Assembly: GCA_018655015.1 (NCBI GenBank) | Contig: JABIKK010000009.1 | Coordinates: 751 to 64,750, forward strand | Length of the DNA: 64,000 nucleotides | Reading direction: 5' to 3' | DNA from: Candidatus Woesearchaeota archaeon | Lineage (GTDB): Archaea > Nanobdellota > Nanobdellia > SCGC-AAA011-G17 > UBA489 | Shown: positions 1 through 9,920 of the stretch, in pieces | How positions within the stretch are numbered: position 1 is the first letter of the stretch | How the letters are laid out: each line of letters starts with the position of its first letter | Position numbers and translations under genes: made by a program | The notes under the pieces: model-generated | What the model was told of the DNA's origin: nothing | Seen by the model: the letters and a program-made list of their open reading frames with translations, nothing else | The model's database searches: none

Positions 1-1206
1 AGGAACGTACCGAATTTAGAGAGAGTTGTTGGTGGTGACTTTCAAGGAATAAGACCAGTTACTGCAGAATTTGTTACAACTTTAAATTGTAACTTCAGAT
101 GTAGTCAATGTTCTTATACTGTGCCAAAAGAGATGGAAGAAGTTTGGATGGATCAATCTACAGGTTCAGATTCTTTAGTCTTTCAACATAGGAATTCTGA
201 TAGAACGCATATGTCTCATAAAACTATGGAAATTGCATTGGATAGACTTGCAGAAGGAGGTGTCAAAAATATATTGTTTACTGGAGGGGGCGAACCTTTG
301 AGAAACAAAAGAGTTACACTTGAAGGAATGAAGAGGGCAAAAAGAAATGGGAATATTGTCGCATTATATACTAATGGTAGGTTGATGGGGGAAGACACTG
401 CTAAAGAACTTGCAGAAATAGACCCACTTTTTGTAAGGGTGAGTATCTATGGTGGAGACCAGGAGTCTTTTCAAGCTTATACGCGTGCTGAAAGGGACAA
501 AGAGGGTTTTGAGTCTGTATTAAGAAACATAAATAATTTAGCAAAGTTAAAACTTCAGGGTGAGAGGGAGATGGTTGTAGGCTTATCATTTCTTGTTCAC
601 CCCCTTACTGCGGATAGTGCAACTAGTTTTGCAAGGGAAATTTCTGAACTAGATTCTATCGAAGGTATAGATTATGTTAGATTTACTCCTGCTGTAGAAT
701 ACTTCGGGGAGACACAACATAACCAAAGATTCATGGAAGATGCATTTAAAAAAATTCGTGAAGAAGGGTCGCCTTATCTTGAGGCTGTAGGTGTTGAATC
801 TAAGTTATACAATCACAGGTTGAGGGATTTAAATTCTCAAAAATCTTACGATAGTTGTCTTGCATCAGGTTGGTTTATTGAGGTTGGCCCATCTGGAGAA
901 GTATTTCTATGTTGTGAAAAACACTTTTTAGAAGATTATAAGATTGGAGATCTTAGAACTCAAACTGTTGATGAGATCTGGCAAGGAGATCTTAGAAATA
1001 GAATAATCGGAAATGTAAATTCTTCTGGATGTGTTGAATGTCCTACATTATGTAAGCCCCATGAACTAAATAAACTTTTTTACCGTGTTAGTCAAATGAC
1101 TGATGAAGAACGACAAAAAATCTTTATCCCTTGGATGAGAGACTTATCAAATTTAGAACCAACAGGAGATTACTGTCCGGGCAAGTTGGATGATTTTCAA
1201 AGCTAA
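1..1206 (+). CDS. Radical SAM protein with C-terminal SPASM/twitch domain (5' truncated by window)
   Basis: Frame is open from base 1 (RNVPNLERVV...LNCNFRCSQCSY), so the CxxxCxxC motif at ~88-111 lies upstream of the listed start; GGGEP motif; C-terminal CLAS...FLCC...CVECPTLC. Confidence 0.9.
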   Translation, partial: RNVPNLERVVGGDFQGIRPVTAEFVTTLNCNFRCSQCSYTVPKEMEEVWMDQSTGSDSLVFQHRNSDRTHMSHKTMEIALDRLAEGGVKNILFTGGGEPLRNKRVTLEGMKRAKRNGNIVALYTNGRLMGEDTAKELAEIDPLFVRVSIYGGDQESFQAYTRAERDKEGFESVLRNINNLAKLKLQGEREMVVGLSFLVHPLTADSATSFAREISELDSIEGIDYVRFTPAVEYFGETQHNQRFMEDAFKKIREEGSPYLEAVGVESKLYNHRLRDLNSQKSYDSCLASGWFIEVGPSGEVFLCCEKHFLEDYKIGDLRTQTVDEIWQGDLRNRIIGNVNSSGCVECPTLCKPHELNKLFYRVSQMTDEERQKIFIPWMRDLSNLEPTGDYCPGKLDDFQS

Positions 1207-1978
1207 AATGGTAGATAAATCAAAGCAAGGAATTTCGATTTTGGGAGATAGGGCCCTCAAAAAACACGCTTCTATTGAAGATGTTGAGATGGAGCTTTCT
1301 GTTGCGAAGGCTTTTAGGAACAATGGACTTATTCAAATTAGAATACCCGAATATGGGGTTCCGTTACTTGTGGATGGAACATTTGTCCTTCCTCAAAAAA
1401 GGATAAGGGGGAAAACTCTTCTTGGTCTCGAGGATGAACTACAAATAACTAGACTTGTGCGCGATCTTGCTTTGTTCCATGAACTTTTTTCCAGAGGAAA
1501 CTCAACACCTAGTCCAGTCGTGTTGTACAGAGATGCAATAGCCTCAAATTATGTTGTTGAAGAGGCCTCAGATAAAATGTTCCATATTGACTTCTCATCA
1601 TGCAATCGTTTTGTACATTGTTTGGACGACTTAGCATTGCTTTTGCATCCTTCGTGGATTAAAACTGATGAATCTATGCGAAAAACAATGCTTGAAAAAT
1701 ATGTTACCCTTAGAAAAATATTTTTTCGGGAGGGTTTAACTTCAAAAGGTTTTGTTGATATAGATAGTCCCCCTGCACACGACATAGGTTTAATGATAGA
1801 AGGTTATGCTAAAAGTTCTGATAAAATGGAAAGAAGTGGTGTAGTTACTAATGGCTTTGATAGGTTATTTGGTAGTGTTGATTTTGATAAAATCTCACCC
1901 AATGATTATGGGGTTTTCCATGAGTTTAGATCTGCTAGAAGCGATTATTATCATAAAGTTATTTGGAGATCTAAATGA
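1190..1978 (+). CDS. Kinase-like (APH/choline kinase fold) phosphotransferase
   Basis: YRDAIASN catalytic-loop-like motif, HIDFS, DDLALLL; overlaps the radical SAM stop. Confidence 0.6.
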   Translation: MIFKAKMVDKSKQGISILGDRALKKHASIEDVEMELSVAKAFRNNGLIQIRIPEYGVPLLVDGTFVLPQKRIRGKTLLGLEDELQITRLVRDLALFHELFSRGNSTPSPVVLYRDAIASNYVVEEASDKMFHIDFSSCNRFVHCLDDLALLLHPSWIKTDESMRKTMLEKYVTLRKIFFREGLTSKGFVDIDSPPAHDIGLMIEGYAKSSDKMERSGVVTNGFDRLFGSVDFDKISPNDYGVFHEFRSARSDYYHKVIWRSK

Positions 1979-2463
1979 AAATCCAAACATACAGGCAGGT
2001 AGATAACTGGGATAAAGGCACAGAATTATATGAAGGAGATGTTTTAGAAAAAGCTTTAGTGCACAATGAAGGGCTACTACATAAGTCTGCACATCTTTTG
2101 ATTGTAAATTCCCAGGGAGAGATATTATGCAGAAAACGTTCAAACTCTGAGAAAAGATATTCCTCTTTATGGACTACTACAATTGGGACCCATGTAGAGC
2201 TTGGATTGAATTACTTAGAAACCCTCAGGAGAAATATGCCTTCTGAGATGGTGACTAAATTTCTTGGCGAGTTTCGTGTAAAGGATCTATTTGAAAATGA
2301 AATTTGTGGCCTCCATGTTACTCTATTTGAATCTAAGACAATTCCAGATGATTTTTTAAAGGATAGGTGTTTTTTTAATAGGGATGACTTGGAGGAAAGT
2401 ATATCTGAGGGTAGGACCACACCTCATTTAACAGAAGCCACCAGGTTACTAGGTGAAAAATGA
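1975..2463 (+). CDS. NUDIX-fold hydrolase (IPP isomerase-like)
   Basis: HNEGLLHKSAHLLIVNSQGEILCRKRS...W...GTHV resembles IDI-like NUDIX proteins; Nudix box degenerate. Confidence 0.7.
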   Translation: MKIQTYRQVDNWDKGTELYEGDVLEKALVHNEGLLHKSAHLLIVNSQGEILCRKRSNSEKRYSSLWTTTIGTHVELGLNYLETLRRNMPSEMVTKFLGEFRVKDLFENEICGLHVTLFESKTIPDDFLKDRCFFNRDDLEESISEGRTTPHLTEATRLLGEK

Positions 2464-3140
2464 ACGAAGAAAATTATAATTTGGTTGTAGGGGTTGTTGA
2501 AAAACAATTAGATAGTCAGGAATATTCTAATGCTTATAGTTCTACTGAACAAGGAAAGACGGATAGAAATCATTTTTACATGGTTGTGGAAGTAGTAACT
2601 AGTTTTTGGAAAGAAAATGAAAAGGGCGATGCTCCCGAAGCTCTAAAAATTGCAGCATTGTGTCATGATTTAGACAGAATATATCCTCATTTGGAAGTTG
2701 ATACTAAAAATTGTTCTAAAAAAGATTACCCTCTTAGAAAGATGATTCATTCAGGAAATTCTGCTTTAATTTTTTCTATAGAAAATAATAGTCTGCCCAT
2801 AGACTTAATTCATGATGCTTCTTATCTTATTATTAGGCACGAAGTTGGAGGAGATAGAGATAAAAAAGGAAATCTTTTCAAGAAAATAGATAAGTTTTCA
2901 AAAAATTATGATCTGAACAATGCAGCAGATTATCTATTCTGGGCAGATAAATTTTGCTTTTTTAAGACAAGTATTTTTGAGTACAGTAAGAGGGGAGAGG
3001 ATCGTTTAAAGTTTAAAATAAATTTTACATTAGAAGGGTTGCCACAGTGGCTGATTCACCAAATTAGCAATATTGATTTTAATGATGAATTAATCAATAA
3101 ATGCGTTACAGAATCTGTTAAAAAAGTTATTGAACCATAA
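2460..3140 (+). CDS. HD-domain protein
   Basis: NH...IAALCHDLDR...HS...RHE...WADK pattern of HD phosphohydrolases. Confidence 0.7.
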   Translation: MNEENYNLVVGVVEKQLDSQEYSNAYSSTEQGKTDRNHFYMVVEVVTSFWKENEKGDAPEALKIAALCHDLDRIYPHLEVDTKNCSKKDYPLRKMIHSGNSALIFSIENNSLPIDLIHDASYLIIRHEVGGDRDKKGNLFKKIDKFSKNYDLNNAADYLFWADKFCFFKTSIFEYSKRGEDRLKFKINFTLEGLPQWLIHQISNIDFNDELINKCVTESVKKVIEP

Positions 3141-3148
3141 AGAGTTTC

Positions 3149-3212
3149 GCCCGACATTAACTTCAATATTCACTCAAGGCAGAACCTAGTCGTATTGACC
3201 ACACTGCCGGGC
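3149..3212. other. Long imperfect GC-closed hairpin between convergent genes (structured RNA or bidirectional terminator)
   Basis: GCCCGACA...TGCCGGGC outer stem (8 bp with one G-U on the minus strand), TCAATA/TATTGA, ACT/AGT and AGG/CCT inner stems. Confidence 0.45.
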
Positions 3213-3242
3213 TTGAAAAATTTGTTTTTTTGTTATAAAAGT

Positions 3243-4460
3243 CTATTCATATCTTAATGCATCAACGGGTTTCATTTTTGATGCTCTATATGCAGGGAAC
3301 ATTCCAGAGACAATTCCAATAAACAACGAAAATACTAAACATGCAATGTATAATGATGGAAGTAACGCTGGTTGTAAGAAACCATAACCTGCCGATTCTA
3401 CAACTACTCCCGCATAGAGTGCAATAATTGTTCCTAGACCAACTGCTAATACACCTCCAATTAAAGAAAGTATTCCAGATTCCAATGCGAACATTAAAAG
3501 TATGTTAGAGTTCTTTGCGCCAATTGCTTTCATTACTCCAATGTCTTTTGTTCTTTCTAATACAGAAGCATACATTGTGTTTGCAATATTAACTCCTGCA
3601 ACAATTAAAGAGATAAGTGCGATTAATACAAGGACTACATTAATGGTTACTAAGATTGAAGTGAATGATTCAATAACTTGTTCAAATGTTTGTACATCAA
3701 AATCTTCATTACCTCTAGATTGTCCACGTGACTTTCTTAATTCTTCTTTTATTTTTTCTGCAATTAAAATTGGATTTTGTCCTTCTGTGGATCTAATTAA
3801 AATTGCTTGGTAGCTTTTTGGATTAAATAAATTCTCAAATCCGTCTTTGGTTAAGTAAACATTGTAATCATCTACAGGGTTCCCGATTGCTTCGTAGAAG
3901 CCTTTAACCTTTATAGGAATGCCATTGATTAGTACGTTATCTCTTAATTCTAATGGTTCTGGATAAGCTCCGTCTTCCTCTATTAGGTAGTTGTAACCAA
4001 AGACTGCGTCTTTTTTCTCTTTTCCTGTTAAATCATCTCCAGAGTATATTTCTATATTGTATATTTCATTAAATAATTCCCTATGATCCTTAACATCGGA
4101 ACCCATAACAAAAACGTACTTTTCTTCATCTTCAAATTCTACAGCTGCAATCTCATAATACATTCCAGTTACTTCGTCTACTCCGAAAGTATCTTCTATT
4201 GTGTTAACATCTCTATTCGTGAATACTACATTGGTTTCTATGGGAATCCCTAAACCAAATCCTTTTGGTTGGACTAATAATTTATCATCTCCCATCTTTT
4301 GTGAAAAATCATCAACATATGATACTAACCCCTGGCCAAAACTAATTAATACGAAAATTGCAGTTACACCGATTAAGACGGAAATTATTGTTAATGCACT
4401 TCTTGCTTTTCTTTTTCTTATTGAAGATAATGATGTTTTAATTAATTCTGGATTAATCAT
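3243..4460 (-). CDS. ABC transporter permease, MacB/FtsX family
   Basis: RSALTIISVLIG N-terminus, ERTKDIGVMKAIGA, PAYRASKMKPVDALRYE. Confidence 0.92.
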   Translation of the reverse strand: MINPELIKTSLSSIRKRKARSALTIISVLIGVTAIFVLISFGQGLVSYVDDFSQKMGDDKLLVQPKGFGLGIPIETNVVFTNRDVNTIEDTFGVDEVTGMYYEIAAVEFEDEEKYVFVMGSDVKDHRELFNEIYNIEIYSGDDLTGKEKKDAVFGYNYLIEEDGAYPEPLELRDNVLINGIPIKVKGFYEAIGNPVDDYNVYLTKDGFENLFNPKSYQAILIRSTEGQNPILIAEKIKEELRKSRGQSRGNEDFDVQTFEQVIESFTSILVTINVVLVLIALISLIVAGVNIANTMYASVLERTKDIGVMKAIGAKNSNILLMFALESGILSLIGGVLAVGLGTIIALYAGVVVESAGYGFLQPALLPSLYIACLVFSLFIGIVSGMFPAYRASKMKPVDALRYE

Positions 4461-5677
4461 TTTGTGAACCTCAATGCATCAATGGGTTTTAATTTAGCTG
4501 CCTTCATTGCAGGTGTTATTCCAGATATTACTCCAACTAAGAATGAAAATAAAAGTGTTAACAAAATCATTGTAATTGATATGTTTAATGAGATTAGGCC
4601 ATCGCCCATGAAATTATTTCCTACCCTTGCCAACCCGAATGCTGCAGAGATACCTACAACTAATCCAAGAAAACCTCCAACTAGACCCAATAAACCTGAC
4701 TCTGTTAAAAATAAAAATAATACTTGTGAGTTCTTTGCACCAATTGCCTTCATTATCCCTATTTCTTTTGTTTTCTCTAAGACGGAAGTGTACATGGTGT
4801 TAGAAATACCAATGCCTCCAACGATGATTGAAATGGCTGCAATTAAATAAACAAAAATTTGAACTCCGAATAATGCGCTTTCTAATGATTCCATTGCTTC
4901 TTCAGGAGATTCTATAGAAAAGTCTTCGTCACCTTCATCAACATCTCTTTCCTTACGTAGGTAGTTTTCAACCCTTTCTTTTACGATGTTCATGTCTGCA
5001 CCCTGTTCAACTTTCACTGCTATTGCATCATATCTTTCTCCTGCATCAAACATTTCGCGCATAACCTCTTCATTCATTGTAATTGTTTTATCTACAACGA
5101 AACTTCCTTTTTTCTTCATTATGCCTTTTACTTTGAATTTTTTATCATTAACCTTTATTGCATCTCTCAACTCAACTGGCGTTCCAAATGCGTCTGATTT
5201 TGTAAAGTCGTTGCCAACCATAATTTTAGAAGTATCTGTAGAAGAAATCATTTCTCCCCTTTCTATTTCCACTTGTGCTATTTTTTGGAAGTCGGATAAT
5301 CCAATATTGTCTGGCATACTTCCAATGTATCCAAAGTAACTTCTTCCTTCGAAAATCATTTGGGCTTCCTCTATAATTCTACCCATTGCGAAGTCTACAC
5401 CATTTATACTTTCAATGTCATCAATGTAGTATTTTTCAAGAGGTTTCGTTACACCTGTTCCGGGAGGACCTTGTGAAACTCCGTCTGCATTTACTTGAAG
5501 TACATCGGGGTTTAGTAAATCAAACTGTCCCGTTACTGCAGTTCTTAGACCTTCTCCAAGAGTCATTAAAGATATTACTGCTGCAATTCCAATTAGAATT
5601 CCAATTAAAGTGAGCCAGCTCCTTAATTTCTTCTGTCTAATAGAAGAATATACAACTCTTAGATAATTGTTCTTCAT
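4457..5677 (-). CDS. ABC transporter permease, MacB/FtsX family
   Basis: RSWLTLIGILIG, EKTKEIGIMKAIGA, PIDALR. Confidence 0.92.
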   Translation of the reverse strand: MKNNYLRVVYSSIRQKKLRSWLTLIGILIGIAAVISLMTLGEGLRTAVTGQFDLLNPDVLQVNADGVSQGPPGTGVTKPLEKYYIDDIESINGVDFAMGRIIEEAQMIFEGRSYFGYIGSMPDNIGLSDFQKIAQVEIERGEMISSTDTSKIMVGNDFTKSDAFGTPVELRDAIKVNDKKFKVKGIMKKKGSFVVDKTITMNEEVMREMFDAGERYDAIAVKVEQGADMNIVKERVENYLRKERDVDEGDEDFSIESPEEAMESLESALFGVQIFVYLIAAISIIVGGIGISNTMYTSVLEKTKEIGIMKAIGAKNSQVLFLFLTESGLLGLVGGFLGLVVGISAAFGLARVGNNFMGDGLISLNISITMILLTLLFSFLVGVISGITPAMKAAKLKPIDALRFTK

Positions 5678-6528
5678 CGCTTCCTGTATCTTCTATATAG
5701 GTATAGAAGTGCAAGACCGATTATTATCCCCAAGAAAACGTTTTTTCCTGTGTCGGATTTTATTAATCCAATACTCTTTGCTTCTCCAGAATTAAGTAGT
5801 TGGAGTGTTAATGTTTCTTCTTTAACATATTCGAAATCATTGACTTCATATGAAACCTTTATTGGAATGTTTACCTCTCTTACATCTTTTGGAACATAAA
5901 TCTCAAATTCCTCACTTTCTGTATCGTCGGAATCTATATCTCCAATGTAAACGTAGTTACTTGTGGAAAGTAATTTGTAATCATCTGATGGAAGAAGCCA
6001 TACTTCGAAAAATTCTAGGTCGTAACCACCTGCATTTGCAAACTCTATTGAAACTTTTCCTTTTGATTCAGGAATAATTAAATTACTACTTCTAATATAA
6101 TTTCTTAATCTTATTTCTTCATTTTCAACTTCTATGAAAAAATCATCTTCGTATACCCAAGTTGTTTCTCCAACCTTAACTTTTATGCCTATTTCGTTAT
6201 CTCCATCGACTGCTTTTTCATCAACTTTTAACCTATAATCTACAATTGGAGCTTCAACTCCTGTTTGTCTTCCGTATAGTACTCCAAGATTTCTTACTTT
6301 TTCTCCGGAGTAAAGTGAGAATGGATATTCAGGTAGTATCTCAATAATAACTGGGTCTTTTGTTGTTTCCCATAAATTTTCTATTTTGAATCTAACCTTG
6401 ACTACATCTCCAGCTGTTACTGGATCGGGGTCTTGATTAATCAAACCAATCTGTAAACTTTGTGCAGAGACTAGTGGAACTAAAAGTAAAACAAGTAATA
6501 AAACTAAGAAGCTATTTTTTATTTTTAT
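5674..6528 (-). CDS. Secreted, C-terminally anchored S-layer-domain (COG1361-like) protein; probable ATA start
   Basis: QDPDPVTAGDVVKVRFKIEN Ig-like start and C-terminal TM segment plus basic tail; frame extends upstream of the listed TTG (6444) into a signal peptide IKIKNSFLVLLLVLLLVPLVSA. Confidence 0.75.
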   Translation of the reverse strand: MKIKNSFLVLLLVLLLVPLVSAQSLQIGLINQDPDPVTAGDVVKVRFKIENLWETTKDPVIIEILPEYPFSLYSGEKVRNLGVLYGRQTGVEAPIVDYRLKVDEKAVDGDNEIGIKVKVGETTWVYEDDFFIEVENEEIRLRNYIRSSNLIIPESKGKVSIEFANAGGYDLEFFEVWLLPSDDYKLLSTSNYVYIGDIDSDDTESEEFEIYVPKDVREVNIPIKVSYEVNDFEYVKEETLTLQLLNSGEAKSIGLIKSDTGKNVFLGIIIGLALLYLYRRYRKR

Positions 6529-7240
6529 TGTGCATCACCTTTCTTTTTTTAGATCCGTTCTTAACTTTCTCTATCATTCCATCTTTTAAAAAGATTGTTC
6601 TTTCTGCATGCTTTACTAAATTTAGATCGTGAGTTATTAAAATGACTGTTGCGCCTTCTTCATGTATTTTATTCAACATGGCCATAACTTCTTGTCCTGT
6701 TTTTGAGTCTAAATTTCCTGTTGGTTCGTCTGCTAAAATAACACTTGGAGAGTTTGCCATTGATCTAGCTATTGCCACTCTTTGTCTTTCTCCACCAGAT
6801 AATTCTGAAGGTTTGTGATGGGACCTGTTTCCTAATCCAACCATTTTTAGAAGTTTTTCTGCCTTAACCATTCCATCTTTTCGTTCAACATCTTGAAATG
6901 ACATTGGAAGGTAAACATTTTCTGCCGCAGTTAAAGTTGGAATTAAATTAAATTGTTGGAATATGAATCCTATTTTTTGTCCACGAATTCTACTTAATTC
7001 TGATTCGTGCATTAGGGATACATCTTTTCCATCCAAGTAAATATGTCCTTTTGTGGGCTCATCTAAACAACCAACTAAATTCATAATTGTACTTTTACCT
7101 GCACCACTTGGACCTAGAATTACTACAAATTCACCTTTTTTTATATCGATGTTAATGTTTTTAGCTGCGTCTAATTTTGTTTCTCCCATTTGGTATGTTT
7201 TCCATACATTCTTCAGAGAAATCACTTCACCTTTTTTCAT
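6512..7240 (-). CDS. ABC transporter ATP-binding protein (LolD/MacB-like)
   Basis: GPSGAGKS Walker A, LSGGERQRVAIARS, ILADEPTGNLD, ITHD. Confidence 0.95.
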   Translation of the reverse strand: MKKGEVISLKNVWKTYQMGETKLDAAKNINIDIKKGEFVVILGPSGAGKSTIMNLVGCLDEPTKGHIYLDGKDVSLMHESELSRIRGQKIGFIFQQFNLIPTLTAAENVYLPMSFQDVERKDGMVKAEKLLKMVGLGNRSHHKPSELSGGERQRVAIARSMANSPSVILADEPTGNLDSKTGQEVMAMLNKIHEEGATVILITHDLNLVKHAERTIFLKDGMIEKVKNGSKKRKVMHNKNKK

Positions 7241-7262
7241 AGTTTTGTTTAGAGATTATGAT

Positions 7263-8426
7263 TTATAAATCTTGGTTAATTGTTACTTTTTCTGTGTTCT
7301 TTAGAGCCTCTTTGATTAATGATTCTACATCCAATTTGGACTCTTCTTGTTCAACAGTTTTAAGGTCTGATTTTGTTGCAGGATGTTTTGGTAAAAACAA
7401 GGAACAGCAGTCGTCGTGTGGTTCTATTGATGTTTCAAAAGTTCCTATTTTTTCTGCTAAATTGATTATTTCTTGTTTATCATAAGTTATTAGTGGTTGG
7501 ATTACTGGAAGATTAACTATTGTGTGTATCGAATGAATATTTTCAATTGTTTGGGATGCAACTTGTCCTAAATTTTCTCCTGTGACTAATGCTTTTGCTT
7601 TGTTTTTCCATGCTAATGCTTCTGCTAATCTGAACATGAATCTTCTGTAAAGAATTATTCTGTATTTTTTATCTGTCTTAAGCATAATTTCTTTTTGAAT
7701 GTTAATTAATGGCACCATGTAAACTCTAGTTTGTCCTTGATATTCTGCAATTATGTTTGCTAACTTTTCTACTTTCTTTCTAGATGACTCTTTTGTATAA
7801 GGTTCTGAGTGAAAGTGAACGTAGATATTTCTACAACCACGTTTTAATGTTAAGAAAGATGCAACAGGTGAATCTATTCCGCCAGACAATAATACCATAA
7901 CTTTTCCAGATACACTTACTGGAAGTCCGCCAATTCCTGCGTTTTTTTCTGTGTAAATGTATGCTCCACTTTCAATTACTTCTATTGTAATTACTGTTTC
8001 GGGTTCAACAAAGTCTACAGGGATATTTTTTTCCAAAGAAACAATTGTTCCCACTTCTTTTGCAATTTCTAGTGATTTTAATGGGTGTTGTTTGAAAGAC
8101 CTCTTAACTTTGATGTATAATGATTTTGGTTTGTTTAGTAATGCCAGTGCTTTTTCTGCCATATCTTTTGTTTCATGTGTACTTTTTAGTGCGGGAGAAT
8201 ATGAAGAAATTCCTGGAACCTTTGATAACTTTTCTTTGATTTCTTCTATTTTTGAGTCTTCTTTTAGGTTAACTATTATTCTTCCATATTTTCTTTTTAC
8301 CCCGTTTGCCTTTAGACCCTTTATGGATTTAGAAATATTTTCAATTAGAATTCTCTCAAATAATGGCCTATTCTTGCCTTTTATGGCTACTTCTGCATAG
8401 TGTACTACGAAATATTCAGGTTTCAT
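7263..8426 (-). CDS. thiI: tRNA 4-thiouridine synthase ThiI
   Basis: HYAEVAIKGKNR, THUMP region, LLSGGIDSPVA PP-loop, GENLGQVASQT, DCC. Confidence 0.95.
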   Translation of the reverse strand: MKPEYFVVHYAEVAIKGKNRPLFERILIENISKSIKGLKANGVKRKYGRIIVNLKEDSKIEEIKEKLSKVPGISSYSPALKSTHETKDMAEKALALLNKPKSLYIKVKRSFKQHPLKSLEIAKEVGTIVSLEKNIPVDFVEPETVITIEVIESGAYIYTEKNAGIGGLPVSVSGKVMVLLSGGIDSPVASFLTLKRGCRNIYVHFHSEPYTKESSRKKVEKLANIIAEYQGQTRVYMVPLINIQKEIMLKTDKKYRIILYRRFMFRLAEALAWKNKAKALVTGENLGQVASQTIENIHSIHTIVNLPVIQPLITYDKQEIINLAEKIGTFETSIEPHDDCCSLFLPKHPATKSDLKTVEQEESKLDVESLIKEALKNTEKVTINQDL

Positions 8427-8597
8427 TTTTATTTGAGGGGTCCTTTTTGGTTATATTAGCCCTCTGAGAATGTGTAATTTGTGGTATTTATAAATACTAT
8501 TATCTTTAGAAGTTGTTACTTCTTAGTGACGTCAAATAGAAAGGTTTAAATATGAGCTATATCACCTATATGTATCCTAATTATGGGGTGAACAACT

Positions 8598-9077
8598 ATG
8601 ACTGAAACAATAACATCGCCGAAACTACAAAAAGTAGACGCTGCATATCAATCCTTTAGTGGTTTGATGGAAAGCGCTATTGCTGGAAAAGACATCAATA
8701 AACTTGATGGAAAGCTGTTAGACATCTATGTAGACCTTGCTGGTGCAAGTGATCGTGGAGGTCTTGAATCTGCTTCAATGGGAAACAGAGGAGCTTTTAT
8801 GGAAGCTACTATGGAACTTCAGAGAGGAATCCAGAGGCAAGCAGGTTTGCCAAGAGCTTTTCAAAACATAGGTCAATTGATTGTTGATTTTGAAGATAGT
8901 GTTAAACCTCTACATCAAGGCTTCCTAAGTGAGACTTCAGTTGGAGATCTTTTAGGAGAAGGTGTTAAACCTGTTAAAGGACTTGCTAATGCTGGTAAAC
9001 ATCAAGGATACCAAGAAGGCATCTTGCATCTTTTAAAAAGTCAAGATAGTCGTAAAGAATACGGCCTTGCAGCGTAA
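8598..9077 (+). CDS. Hypothetical protein
   Basis: 159 aa ORF with GGGGTGA RBS and an upstream TTTAAATA box. Confidence 0.7.
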   Translation: MTETITSPKLQKVDAAYQSFSGLMESAIAGKDINKLDGKLLDIYVDLAGASDRGGLESASMGNRGAFMEATMELQRGIQRQAGLPRAFQNIGQLIVDFEDSVKPLHQGFLSETSVGDLLGEGVKPVKGLANAGKHQGYQEGILHLLKSQDSRKEYGLAA

Positions 9078-9091
9078 GTAAAACTTACGCA

Positions 9092-9919
9092 CTAAATTTT
9101 ATGACCATGTTTATGTTGGTCTTCTATAAAGAATTTCATTTCTTTTAGAAAGTCTTCTGCTTTCTTTTTGTAAACATCATAATCTTTTCCTGAAACTGAT
9201 TTAATATCTCTGTGGACTATTCCTTTGAATAGAGCATATAATTCCCTCATCGTTTTGAGAGATTTTCTTGATACTTGGTGAGGAGCATTTATTTTATCTT
9301 GTAACATTTCTGCAACGTGATCCGGGGATGGAGGAATTTCTCCAACTGACATTAGTGCTGCATGTGCTGCATCAACTGCACACCAATAAAGATCTATTGA
9401 AGCTGAAAGTAAATGTTGTTTTGATCTGTCTAAAGATGCAGGTGCTAGAGTGTAGTAAGTCCAAATCGATTCTTGTGTAGGCCTTATTCTTCCTTGATCT
9501 AATAATGCTTGTAATGGATCAAAGACGTTTGTATCAATTAATGCTACTCCTGATCTTAAAATATTAATTGCTACTGGGTCTCCTGCACGAACATACTCCC
9601 AGAAAGATGTTAGTTTCATTGATTGAATGTGTAGTCTTTTTGGATCTGTTTTTGCAATTATTTTTTCTAATAAAATTCTATATGTTTGAACTAACTCTTG
9701 TGTAAATTGTATTCTGGTATCATCTAGAATTATCAGTATATCTATGTCTCTCTTTGGGTTTGAAACATGTTTTGCTGCTGAACCGAATAGAACCATGGAT
9801 GAAATAAATTTACCAAATTCTTGATACATAGATTTAGCAAACTTTCTAGAAATTTGTAGATCTCCTGTAAGGTATTTTGAAAGATTTTTATTTTCTTTTC
9901 TTTTAATTGGAAATTTCAT
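9092..9919 (-). CDS. Minimal nucleotidyltransferase-HEPN fusion protein
   Basis: LFGSAA...DIDILIILDD MNT motif; C-terminal HEPN-like DLYWCAVDAAHAALM...PPSPDH. Confidence 0.8.
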   Translation of the reverse strand: MKFPIKRKENKNLSKYLTGDLQISRKFAKSMYQEFGKFISSMVLFGSAAKHVSNPKRDIDILIILDDTRIQFTQELVQTYRILLEKIIAKTDPKRLHIQSMKLTSFWEYVRAGDPVAINILRSGVALIDTNVFDPLQALLDQGRIRPTQESIWTYYTLAPASLDRSKQHLLSASIDLYWCAVDAAHAALMSVGEIPPSPDHVAEMLQDKINAPHQVSRKSLKTMRELYALFKGIVHRDIKSVSGKDYDVYKKKAEDFLKEMKFFIEDQHKHGHKI

Positions 9920-9920
9920 T

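Noticed and set aside
3149-3212. SRP RNA or tRNA
   Set aside because: No GNRA-capped helix 8 with the CAGG/AGCAG loop and no cloverleaf.
9092-9919. MNT-HEPN fusion as a toxin-antitoxin or defence system
   Set aside because: No clear Rx4-6H RNase motif, and it sits co-oriented 1 nt downstream of pepA in a housekeeping context.
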